Shown: positions 45,301 to 59,200 of the stretch, in pieces | Layout: each line of letters opens with the position of its first letter | How positions within the stretch are numbered: position 1 is the stretch's first letter | Source of the DNA: Eledone cirrhosa | Taxonomy: Eukaryota | Direction of reading: 5' to 3' | DNA length: 64,000 nt | Assembly (NCBI GenBank): GCA_964016885.1 | Contig: OZ024750.1 | Span: 38,254,001-38,318,000 of the forward strand | Made by a program: the position numbers and the translations under genes | The notes under the pieces: generated by a model | What the model saw: the letters and a program-made list of their open reading frames with translations, nothing else | Databases searched by the model: none | What the model was told of the DNA's origin: nothing

Positions 45301-48300
45301 CCATGAAGCTATGACTAACCTGTACACTGTATGTGATGTACCATGAAGCTATGGCTAACCTGTACACTGTATGTGATGTACCATGAAGCTATGGCTAGCC
45401 TGTACACTGTATGTGATGTACCATGAAGCTATGACTAACCTGTACACTGTATATGATGTACCATGAAGCTATGACTAACATGTACACTGTATGCGATGTA
45501 CCATGAAGCTATGACTAACCTGTACACTGTATGTGATGTACCATGAAGCTATGACTAACCTGTACACTGTATGTGATGTACCATGAAGCTATGACTAACC
45601 TGTACACTGTATGTGATGTACCATGAAGCTATGACTAACCTGTACACTGTATGTGATGTAACATGAAGCTATAGCTAACCTGTACACTGTATGTGATGTA
45701 CCATGAAGCTATGACTAACCTGTACACTGTATGTGATGTACCATGAAGCTATAGCTAACCTATACACTGTATGTGATGTACCATGAAACTATGACTAACC
45801 TGTACACTGTATGTGATGTACCATGAAGCTATGGCTAATCTGTACACTGTATGTGATGTAACATGAAGCTATAGCTAACCTGTACACTGTATGTGATGTA
45901 CCACGAAGCTATGACTAACCTGTACACTGTATGTGATGTACCATGAAGCTATGGCTAACCTGTACACTGTATGTGATGTACCATGAAGCTATGACTAACC
46001 TATACACTGTATGTGATGTACCATGAAGCTATGACTAACCCGTACACTGTATGTGATGTACCATGAAGCTATGGCTAACCTGTACACTGTATGTGATGTA
46101 CCATGAAGTTATAGCTAACATGTACACTGTATGTGATGTACCATGAAGCTATGACTAAACTGTACACTGTATGTGATGTACCATGAAGCTATGGCTAACC
46201 TGTACACTGTATGTGATGTACCATGAAGCTATGGCTAACCTGTACACTGTATGTGATGTACCATGAAGCTATGACTAACCTATACACTGTATGTGATGTA
46301 CCATTAAGCTATGACTAACCCGTACACTGTATGTGATGTACCATGAAGCTATGGCTAGCCTGTACACTGTATGTGATGTACCATGAAGCTATGGCTAACC
46401 TGTACACTGTATGTGATGTACCATGAAGCTATGGCTAACCTGTACACTGTATGTGATGTACCATGAAGCTATGGCTAACCTGTACACTGTTTGTGATGTA
46501 CCATGAAGCTATGGCTAACCTGTACACTGTATGTGATGTACCATGAAGTTATAGCTAACCTGTACACTGTATGTGATGTACCATGAAGCTATGGCTAATC
46601 TATACACTGTATGTGATGTACCATGAAGCTATAGCTAACCTGTACACTGTATGTGATGTACCATGAAGCTATGACTAACCTGTACACTGTATGTGATGTA
46701 CCATGAAGCTATAGCTAACCTGTACACTGTTTGTGATGTACCATGCAGCTATGGCTAACCTGTACACTGTATGTGATGTACCATGAAGTTATAGCTAACC
46801 TGTACACTGTATGTGATGTAACATGAAGCTATAGCTAACCTGTACACTGTATGTGATGTACCAAGAAGCTATGACTAACCTGTACACTGTATGTGATGTA
46901 CCATGAAGCTATAGCTAACCTATACACTGTATGTGATGTACCATGAAGCTATGACAAACCTGTACACTGTATGTGATGTACCATGAAGCTATGACTAACC
47001 TATACACTGTATGTGATGTACCATGAAGCTATGACTAACCTGTACACTGTATGTGATGTACCATGAAGCTATGACTAACATGTACACTGTATGTGATGTA
47101 CCATGAAGCTATGACTAAACTGTACACTGTATGTGATGTACCATGAAGCTATGGCTAACCTGTACACTGTATGTGATGTACCATGAAGCTATGGCTAACC
47201 TGTACACTGTATGTGATGTACCATGAAGCTATGACTAACCTGTACACTGTATGTGATGTACCATGAAGCTATGACTAACCTGTACACTGTATGTGATGTA
47301 CCATGAAGCTATGGCTAACCTGTACACTGTATGTGATGTACCATGAAGCTATGGCTAACCTGTACACTGTATGTGATGTACCATGAAGCTATGACTAACC
47401 TCTTCACTGTATGTGATGTACCATGAAGCTATGACTAACCTATACACTGTATGTGATGTACCATGCAGCTATGACTAACCTGTACACTGTATGTGATGTA
47501 GCATGAAGCTATGGCTAACCTGTACACTGTATGTGATGTACCATGAAGCTATGGCTAACCTGTACACTGTATGTGATGTACCATGAAGTTTTAGCTAACC
47601 TGTACACTGTACGTGATGTACTATGAAGCTATGGCTAACCTGTACACTGTATGTGATGTACCATGAATCTATGACTAATCTGTACACTGTATGTGATGTA
47701 ACATGAAGCTATGACTAACCTGTACACTGTATGTGATGTACCATGAAGCTATGACTAATCTGTACACTGTATGTGATGTAACATGAAGCTATGACTAACC
47801 TGTACACTGTATGTGATGTACCATGAAGCTATGGCTAACCAGTACACTGTATGTGATGTACCATGAAGCTATGACTAACCTATACACTGTATGTGATGTA
47901 CCATGAAGCTATAGCTAACCTGTACACTGTATGTGATGTACCATGAAGTTATAGCTAACCTGTACACTGTATGTGATGTACCATGAAGCTATGACTAATC
48001 TGTACACTGTATGTGATGTACCATGAAGCTCTAGCTAACCTGTACACTGTATGTGATGTAACATGAAGCTATAGCTAACCTGTACACTGTATGTGATGTA
48101 CCATGAAGCTATGACTAAACTGTACACTGTATGTGATGTACCATGAAGCTATAGCTAACCTATACACTGTATGTGATGTACCATGAAGCTATGACAAACC
48201 TGTACACTGTATGTGATGTACCATGAAGCTATGACTAACCTATACACTGTATGTGATGTACCATGAAGCTATGACTAACCTGTACACTGTATGTGATGTA

Positions 48301-51020
48301 CCATGAAGCTATGACTAACATGTACACTGTATGTGATGTACCATGAAGCAATGACTAAACTGTACACTGTATGTGATGTACCATGAAGCTATGGCTCACC
48401 TGTACACTGTATGTGATGTACCATGAAGCTATGGCTAACCTGTACACTGTATGTGATGTACCATGAAGCTATGACTAACCTATACACTGTATGTGATGTA
48501 CCATGAAGCTATGACTAACCCGTACACTGTATGTGATGTACCATGAAGCTATGGCTAACCTGTACACTGTATGTGATGTACCATGAAGCTATGGCTAACC
48601 TGTACACTGTATGTGATGTACCATGAAGCTATGGCTAACCTGTACACTGTATGTGATGTACCATGAAGCTATGACTAACCTATACAATGTATGTGATGTA
48701 CCATGAAGCTATGACTAACCTGTACACTCTATGTGATGTACCATGAAGCTATGGCTAACCTGTACACTGTTTGTGATGTACCATGAAGCTATGGCTAACC
48801 TGTACACTGTTTGTGATGTACCATGAAGCTATGACTAACCTGTACACTGTATGTGATGTACCATGATGTTATAGCTAACCTGTACACTGTATGTGATGTA
48901 ACATGAAGCTATAGCTAACCTGTACACTGTATGTGATGTACCATGAAGCTATGACTAACCTGTACACTGTATGTGATGTACCATGAAACTATAGCTAACC
49001 TATACACTGTATGTGATGTACCATAAAGCTATAGCTAACCTATACACTGTATGTGATGTACCATGAAGCTATGACAAACCTGTACACTGTATGTGATGTA
49101 CCATGAAGCTATGACTAACCTATACACTGTATGTGATGTACCATGAAGCTATGACTAACCTGTACACTGTATGTGATGTACCATGAAGCTATGACTAACA
49201 TGTACACTGTATGTGATGTACCATGAAGCTATGACTAAACTGTACACTGTATGTGATGTACCATGAAGCTATGGCTAACCTGTACACTGTATGTGATGTA
49301 CCATGAAGCTATGGCTAACCTGTACACTGTATGTGATGTACCATGAAGCTATGACTAACCTGTACACTGTATGTGATGTACCATGAAGCTATGACTAACC
49401 TGTACACTGTATGTGATGTACCATGAAGCTATGGCTAACCTGTACACTGTATGTGATGTACCATGAAGCTATGGCTAACCTGTACACTGTATGTGATGTA
49501 CCATGAAGCTATGACTAACCTGTTCACTGTATGTGATGTACCATGAAGCTATGACTAACCTATACACTGTATGTGATGTACCATGCAGCTATGACTAACC
49601 TGTACACTGTATGTGATGTAGCATGAAGCTATGGCTAACCTGTACACTGTATGTGATGTACCATGAAGCTATGGCTAACCTGTACACTGTATGTGATGTA
49701 CCATGAAGTTTTAGCTAACCTGTACACTGTACGTGATGTACTATGAAGCTATGACTAATCTGTACACTGTATGTGATGTACCATGAAGCTATGACTAATC
49801 TGTACACTGTATGTGATGTAACATGAAGCTATGACTAACCTGTACACTGTATGTGATGTACCATGAAGCTATGGCTAACCAGTACACTGTATGTGATATA
49901 CCATGAAGCTATGACTAATCTGTACACTGTATGTGATGTAACATGAAGCTATAGCTAACCTGTACACTGTATGTGATGTACCATGAAGCTATGACTAACC
50001 TATACACTGTATGTGATGTACCATGAAGCTATAGCTAACCTGTACACTGTATGTGATGTACCATGAAGTTATAGCTAACCTGTACACTGTATGTGATGTA
50101 CCATGAAGCTATGACTAATCTGTACACTGTATGTGATGTACCATGAAGCTATAGCTAACCTGTACACTGTATGTGATGTAACATGAAGCTATAGCTAACC
50201 TGTACACTGTATGTGATGTACCATGAAGCTATGACTAAACTGTACACTGTATGTGATGTACCATGAAGCTATAGCTAACCTATACACTGTATGTGATGTA
50301 CCATGAAGCTATGACAAACCTGTACACTGTATGTGATGTACCATGAAGCTATGACTAACCTATACACTGTATGTGATGTACCATGAAGCTATGACTAACC
50401 TGTACACTGTATGTGATGTACCATGAAGCTATGACTAACATGTACACTGTATGTGATGTACCATGAAGCAATGACTAAACTGTACACTGTATGTGATGTA
50501 CCATGAAGCTATGGCTCACCTGTACACTGTATGTGATGTACCATGAAGCTATGACTAACCTATACACTGTATGTGATGTACCATGAAGCTATGACTAACC
50601 TATACACTGTATGTGATGTACCATGAAGCTATGACTATCCCGTACACTGTATGTGATGTACCATGAAGCTATGGCTAACCTGTACACTGTATGTGATGTA
50701 CCATGAAGCTATGGCTAACCTGTACACTGTATGTGATGTACCATGAAGCTATGGCTAACCTGTACACTGTATGTGATGTACCATGAAGCTATGACTAACC
50801 TATACAATGTATGTGATGTACCATGAAGCTATGACTAACCTGTACACTCTATGTGATGTACCATGAAGCTATGGCTAACCTGTACACTGTTTGTGATGTA
50901 CCATGAAGCTATGGCTAACCTGTACACTGTTTGTGATGTACCATGAAGCTATGACTAACCTGTACACTGTATGTGATGTACCATGAAGTTATAGCTAACC
51001 TGTACACTGTATGTGATGTA
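29650..51020 (+). repeat. Large tandem duplication, two copies of about 10.6-10.7 kb (~29650-40340 and ~40450-51020)
   Basis: Offset 10,800 for atgtctaacc (30911/41711) and ctgactaacctgtacagtgt (31391/42191). A 3-monomer loss near 42350 changes the offset to 10,680 for aagtgatg (32491/43171), ctgacgaacc (34471/45151), ccaagaagct (36181/46861) and ccatgatgtt (38181/48861). The two identical ORFs are also 10,680 apart. Confidence 0.93.
36230..40340 (+). repeat. Nested tandem duplication, unit about 2,120 bp (53 monomers), inside the 10.7-kb unit; recopied at ~46910-51020
   Basis: tgttcactgt (36721/38841), gcatgaag (36821/38941) and gaagcaatgactaaac...ggctcacc (37661/39781) are at offset 2,120. 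Small monomer-count differences lie between the markers. Confidence 0.85.
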
Positions 51021-54000
51021 ACATGAAGCTATAGCTAACCTGTACACTGTATGTGATGTACCATGAAGCTATGACTAACCTGTACACTGTATGTGATGTA
51101 CCATGAAGCTATAGCTAACCTATACACTGTATGTGATGTACCATGAAACTATGACAAACCTGTACACTGTATGTGATGTACCATGAAGCTATGACTAACC
51201 TATACACTCTATGTGATGTACCATGAAGCTATGACTAACCTGTACACTGTATGTGATGTACCATGAAGCTATGACTAACATGTACACTGTATGTGATGTA
51301 CCATGAAGCTATGACTAAACTGTACACTGTATGTGATGTACCATTAAGCTATGGCTAACCTGTACACTGTATGTGATGTACCATGAAGCTATGGCTAACC
51401 TGTACACTGTATGTGATGTACCATGAAGCTATGACTAACCTATACACTGTATGTGATGTACCATGAAGCTATGACTAACCCGTACACTGTATGTGATGTA
51501 CCATGAAGCTATGGCTAACCTGTACACTGTATGTGATGTACCATGAAGCTATGGCTAACCTGTACACTGTATGTGATGTACCATGAAGCTATGGCTAACC
51601 TGTACACTGTATGTGATGTACCATGAAGCTATGACTAACCTATACACTGTATGTGATGTACCATGAAGCTATGACTAACCTGTACACTGTATGTGATGTA
51701 CCATGAAGCTATGGCTAACCTGTACACTGTTTGTGATGTACCATGAAGCTATGGCTAACCTGTACACTGTATGTGATGTACCATGAAGTTATAGCTAACC
51801 TGTACACTGTATGTGATGTACCATGAAGCTATGACTAATCTATACACTGTATGTGATGTACCATGAAGCTATAGCTAACCTGTACACTGTATGTGATGTA
51901 CCATGAAGCTATGACTAACCTGTACACTGTATGTGATGTACCATGAAGCTATGACTAACCTGTACACTCTATGTGATGTAACATGAAGTTATGACTAACA
52001 TGTACACTGTATGTGATGTACCATGAAGCTATGGCTAACCTGTACACTGTATGTGATGTACCATGAAGCTATGACTAACCTGTACACTGTATGTGATGTA
52101 CCATGAAGCTATGACTAACCTGTACACTGTATGTGATGTACCATGAAGCTATGACTAACCTGTACACCGTATGTGATGTACCATGAAGCTATGACTAACC
52201 TATACACAGTATGTGATGTACCATGAAGCTATGACTAACCTGTTCACTGTATGTGATGTACCATGAAGCTATGACTAACCTATACACTGTATGTGATGTA
52301 CCATGCAGCTATGACTAACCTGTACACTGTATGTGATGTACCATGAAGCTATGGCTAACCTGTACACTGTATGTGATGTACCATGAAGCTATGGCTAACC
52401 TGTACACTGTATGTGATGTACCATGAAGTTTTAGCTAACCTGTACACTGTACGTGATGTACTATGAAGCTATGACTAATCTGTACACTGTATGTGATGTA
52501 CCATGAAGCTATGACTAATCTGTACACTGTATGTGATGTAACATGAAGCTATAGCTAACCTGTACACTGTATGTGATGTACCATGAAGCTATGACTAACC
52601 TATACACTGTATGTGATGTACCATGAAGCTATAGCTAACCTGTACACTGTATGTGATGTACCATGAAGTTATAGCTATCCTGTACACTGTATGTGATGTA
52701 CCATGAAGCTATGACTTATCTGTACACTGTATGTGATGTACCATGAAGCTATAGCTAACCTGTACACTGTATGTGATGTACCATGAAGCTATGACTAACC
52801 TGTACACTGTATGTGATGTACCATGAAGCTATGACTAACCTGTACACTGTATGTGATGTAACATGAAGCTATAGATAACCTGTACACTGTATGTGATGTA
52901 CCATGAAGCTATGACTAACCTGTACACTGTATGTGATGTACCATGAAGCTATAGCTAACCTATACACTGTATGTGATGTACCATGAAACTATGACGAACC
53001 TGTACACTGTATGTGATGTACCATGAAGCTATGGCTAATCTGTACACTGTATGTGATGTAACATGAAGCTATAGCTAACCTGTACACTGTATGTGATGTA
53101 CCATGAAGCTATGACTAACCTGTACACTGTATGTGATGTACCATGAAGCTATGACTAACCTGTACACTGTATGTGATGTACCATGAAGCTATGGCTAACC
53201 TGTACACTGTATGTGATGTACCATGAAGCTATGGCTAACCTGTACACTGTATGTGATGTACCATGAAGCTATGACTAACCTGTACACTGTATATGATGTA
53301 CCATGAAGCTATGACTAACATGTACACTGTATGCGATGTACCATGAAGCTATGACTAACCTGTACACTGTATGTGATGTACCATGAAGCTATGACTAACC
53401 TGTACACTGTATGTGATGTACCATGAAGCTATGACTAACCTGTACACTGTATGTGATGTACCATGAAGTTATGACTAACCTGTACACTGTATGTGATGTA
53501 ACATGAAGCTATAGCTAACCTGTACACTGTATGTGATGTACCATGAAGCTATGACTAACCTGTACACTGTATGTGATGTACCATGAAGCTATAGCTAACC
53601 TATACACTGTATGTGATGTACCATGAAACTATGACTAACCTGTACACTGTATGTGATGTACCATGAAGCTATGGCTAATCTGTACACTGTATGTGATGTA
53701 ACATGAAGCTATAGCTAACCTGTACACTGTATGTGATGTACCACGAAGCTATGACTAACCTGTACACTGTATGTGATGTACCATGAAGCTATGGCTAACC
53801 TGTACACTGTATGTGATGTACCATGAAGCTATGACTAACCTATACACTGTATGTGATGTACCATGAAGCTATGACTAACCCGTACACTGTATGTGATGTA
53901 CCATGAAGCTATGGCTAACCTGTACACTGTATGTGATGTACCATGAAGTTATAGCTAACATGTACACTGTATGTGATGTACCATGAAGCTATGACTAAAC

Positions 54001-54830
54001 TGTACACTGTATGTGATGTACCATGAAGCTATGGCTAACCTGTACACTGTATGTGATGTACCATGAAGCTATGGCTAACCTGTACACTGTATGTGATGTA
54101 CCATGAAGCTATGACTAACCTATACACTGTATGTGATGTACCATGAAGCTATGACTAACCCGTACACTGTATGTGATGTACCATGAAGCTATGGCTAACC
54201 TGTACACTGTATGTGATGTACCATGAAGCTATGGCTAACCTGTACACTGTATGTGATGTACCATAAAGCTATGGCTAACCTGTTCACTGTATGTGATGTA
54301 CCATGAAGCTATGGCTAACCTGTACACTGTTTGTGATGTACCATGAAGCTATGGCTAACCTGTACACTGTATGTGATGTACCATGAAGTTATAGCTAACC
54401 TGTACACTGTATGTGATGTACCATGAAGCTATGGCTAATCTATACACTGTATGTGATGTACCATGAAGCTATAGCTAACCTGTACACTGTATGTGATGTA
54501 CCATGAAGCTATGACTAACCTGTACACTGTATGTGATGTACCATGAAGCTATAGCTAACCTGTACACTGTTTGTGATGTACCATGCAGCTATGGCTAACC
54601 TGTACACTGTATGTGATGTACCATGAAGTTATAGCTAACCTGTACACTGTATGTGATGTAACATGAAGCTATAGCTAACCTGTACACTGTATGTGATGTA
54701 CCAAGAAGCTATGACTAACCTGTACACTGTATGTGATGTACCATGAAGCTATAGCTAACCTATACACTGTATGTGATGTACTATGAAGCTATGACAAACC
54801 TGTACACTGTATGTGATGTACCATGAAGCT
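50340..54830 (+). repeat. Further copy of block ~42500-46990 (offset 7,840 bp, 196 monomers)
   Basis: ccatgaagca (42621/50461), tgtacactct (44121/51961), atagctatcc (44831/52671), gacgaacc (45151/52991), ccaagaagct (46861/54701). Confidence 0.85.
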
Positions 54831-56490
54831 ATGACTAACATGTACACTGTATGTGATGTACCATGAAGCTATGACTAAACTGTACACTGTATGTGATGTA
54901 CCATGAAGCTATGGCTAACCTGTACACTGTATGTGATGTACCATGAAGCTATGGCTAACCTGTACACTGTATGTGATGTACCATGAAGCTATGACTAACC
55001 TGTACACTGTATGTGATGTACCATGAAGCTATGACTAACCTGTACACTGTATGTGATGTACCATGAAGCTATGGCTAACCTGTACACTGTATGTGATGTA
55101 CCATGAAGCTATGGCTAACCTGTACACTGTATGTGATGTACCATGAAGCTATGACTAACCTATACACTGTATGTGATGTACCATGAAGCTATGACTAACC
55201 CGTACACTGTATGTGATGTACCATGAAGCTATGGCTAACCTGTACACTGTATGTGATGTACCATGAAGTTATAGCTAACATGTACACTGTATGTGATGTA
55301 CCATGAAGCTATGACTAAACTGTACACTGTATGTGATGTACCATGAAGCTATGGCTAACCTGTACACTGTATGTGATGTACCATGAAGCTATGGCTAACC
55401 TGTACACTGTATGTGATGTACCATGAAGCTATGACTAACCTATACACTGTATGTGATGTACCATGAAGCTATGACTAACCCGTACACTGTATGTGATGTA
55501 CCATGAAGCTATGGCTAACCTGTACACTGTATGTGATGTACCATGAAGCTATGGCTAACCTGTACACTGTATGTGATGTACCATAAAGCTATGGCTAAAC
55601 TGTTCACTGTATGTGATGTACCATGAAGCTATGGCTAACCTGTACACTGTTTGTGATGTACCATGAAGCTATGGCTAACCTGTACACTGTATGTGATGTA
55701 CCATGAAGTTATAGCTAACCTGTACACTGTATGTGATGTACCATGAAGCTATGGCTAATCTATACACTGTATGTGATGTACCATGAAGCTATAGCTAACC
55801 TGTACACTGTATGTGATGTACCATGAAGCTATGACTAACCTGTACACTGTATGTGATGTACCATGAAGCTATAGCTAACCTGTACACTGTTTGTGATGTA
55901 CCATGCAGCTATGGCTAACCTGTACACTGTATGTGATGTACCATGAAGTTATAGCTAACCTGTACACTGTATGTGATGTAACATGAAGCTATAGCTAACC
56001 TGTACACTGTATGTGATGTACCAAGAAGCTATGACTAACCTGTACACTGTATGTGATGTACCATGAAGCTATAGCTAACCTATACACTGTATGTGATGTA
56101 CCATGAAGCTATGACAAACCTGTACACTGTATGTGATGTACCATGAAGCTATGACTAACCTATACACTGTATGTGATGTACCATGAAGCTATGACTAACC
56201 TGTACACTGTATGTGATGTACCATGAAGCTATGACTAACATGTACACTGTATGTGATGTACCATGAAGCTATGACTAAACTGTACACTGTATGTGATGTA
56301 CCATGAAGCTATGGCTAACCTGTACACTGTATGTGATGTACCATGAAGCTATGGCTAACCTGTACACTGTATGTGATGTACCATGAAGCTATGACTAACC
56401 TGTACACTGTATGTGATGTACCATGAAGCTATGACTAACCTGTACACTGTATGTGATGTACCATGAAGCTATGGCTAACCTGTACACTGT
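53780..56490 (+). repeat. Tandem duplication, unit about 1,320 bp (33 monomers; the first copy lacks 2 monomers near 54820)
   Basis: ccataaagct...tgttcactgt (54261/55581) and ccaagaagct (54701/56021) are at offset 1,320. Confidence 0.87.
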
Positions 56491-57779
56491 ATGTGATGTA
56501 CCATGAAGCTATGGCTAACCTGTACACTGTATGTGATGTACCATGAAGCTATGACTAACCTGTTCACTGTATGTGATGTACCATGAAGCTATGACTAACC
56601 TATACACTGTATGTGATGTACCATGCAGCTATGACTAACCTGTACACTGTATGTGATGTAGCATGAAGCTATGGCTAACCTGTACACTGTATGTGATGTA
56701 CCATGAAGCTATGGCTAACCTGTACACTGTATGTGATGTACCATGAAGTTTTAGCTAACCTGTACACTGTACGTGATGTACTATGAAGCTATGACTAATC
56801 TGTACACTGTATGTGATGTACCATGAAGCTATGACTAATCTGTACACTGTATGTGATGTAACATGAAGCTATAGCTAACCTGTACACTGTATGTGATGTA
56901 CCATGAAGCTATGACTAACCTATACACTGTATGTGATGTACCATGAAGCTATAGCTAACCTGTACACTGTATGTGATGTACCATGAAGTTATAGCTATCC
57001 TGTACACTGTATGTGATGTACCATGAAGCTATGACTTATCTGTACACTGTATGTGATGTACCATGAAGCTATAGCTAACCTGTACACTGTATGTGATGTA
57101 CCATGAAGCTATGACTAACCTGTACACTGTATGTGATGTACCATGAAGCTATGACTAACCTGTACACTGTATGTGATGTAACATGAAGCTATAGCTAACC
57201 TGTACACTGTATGTGATGTACCATGAAGCTATGACTAACCTGTACACTGTATGTGATGTACCATGAAGCTATAGCTAACCTATACACTGTATGTGATGTA
57301 CCATGAAACTATGACGAACCTGTACACTGTATGTGATGTACCATGAAGCTATGGCTAATCTGTACACTGTATGTGATGTAACATGAAGCTATAGCTAACC
57401 TGTACACTGTATGTGATGTACCATGAAGCTATGACTAACATGTACACTGTATGTGATGTACCATGAAGCTATGACTAACCTGTACACTGTATGTGATGTA
57501 CCATGAAGCTATGGCTAGCCTGTACACTGTATGTGATGTACCATGAAGCTATGGCTAACCTGTACACTGTATGTGATGTACCATGAAGCTATGACTAACC
57601 TGTACACTGTATATGATGTACCATGAAGCTATGACTAACATGTACACTGTATGCGATGTACCATGAAGCTATGACTAACCTGTACACTGTATGTGATGTA
57701 CCATGAAGCTATGACTAACCTGTACACTGTATGTGATGTACCATGTAGCTATGACTAACCTGTACACTGTATGTGATGT

Positions 57780-59200
57780 ACCATGAAGCTATGACTAACC
57801 TGTACACTGTATGTGATGTAACATGAAGCTATAGCTAACCTGTACACTGTATGTGATGTACCATGAAGCTATGATTAACCTGTACACTGTATGTGATGTA
57901 CCATGAAGCTATAGCTAACCTATACACTGTATGTGATGTACCATGAAACTATGACTAACCTGTACACTGTATGTGATGTATCATGAAGCTATGGCTAATC
58001 TGTACACTGTATGTGATGTAACATGAAGCTATAGCTAACCTGTACACTGTATGTGATGTACCACGAAGCTATGACTAACCTGTACACTGTATGTGATGTA
58101 CCATGAAGCTATGGCTAACCTGTACACTGTATGTGATGTACCATGAAGCTATGACTAACCTATACACTGTATGTGATGTACCATGAAGCTATGACTAACC
58201 CGTACACTGTATGTGATGTACCATGAAGCTATGGCTAACCTGTACACTGTATGTGATGTACCATGAAGTTATAGCTAACATGTACACTGTATGTGATGTA
58301 CCATGAAGCTATGACTAACCTGTACACTGTATGTGATGTACCATGAAGCTATGGCTAACCTGTACACTGTATGTGATGTACCATGAAGCTATGACTAACC
58401 TGTACACTGTATGTGATGTAACATGAAGCTATAGCTAACCTGTACACTGTATGTGATGTACCATGAAGCTATGATTAACCTGTACACTGTATGTGATGTA
58501 CCATGAAGCTATAGCTAACCTATACACTGTATGTGATGTACCATGAAACTATGACTAACCTGTACACTGTATGTGATGTACCATGAAGCTATGGCTAATC
58601 TGTACACTGTATGTGATGTAACATGAAGCTATAGCTAACCTGTACACTGTATGTGATGTACCACGAAGCTATGACTAACCTGTACACTGTATGTGATGTA
58701 CCATGAAGCTATGGCTAACCTGTACACTGTATGTGATGTACCATGAAGCTATGACTAACCTATACACTGTATGTGATGTACCATGAAGCTATGACTAACC
58801 CGTACACTGTATGTGATGTACCATGAAGCTATGATTAACCTGTACACTGTATGTGATGTACCATGAAGCTATAGCTAACCTATACACTGTATGTGATGTA
58901 CCATGAAACTATGACTAACCTGTACACTGTATGTGATGTACCATGAAGCTATGGCTAATCTGTACACTGTATGTGATGTAACATGAAGCTATAGCTAACC
59001 TGTACACTGTATGTGATGTACCACGAAGCTATGGCTAACCTGTACACTGTATGTGATGTACCATGAAGCTATGACTAACCTATACACTGTATGTGATGTA
59101 CCATGAAGCTATGACTAACCCGTACACTGTATGTGATGTACCATGAAGCTATGGCTAACCTGTACACTGTATGTGATGTACCATGAAGTTATAGCTAACA
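57780..59200 (+). repeat. Short tandem sub-duplications of 600 bp (15 monomers) and 360 bp (9 monomers)
   Basis: atgattaacc at 57871, 58471 and 58831; ccacgaagct at 58061, 58661 and 59021. Confidence 0.85.
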
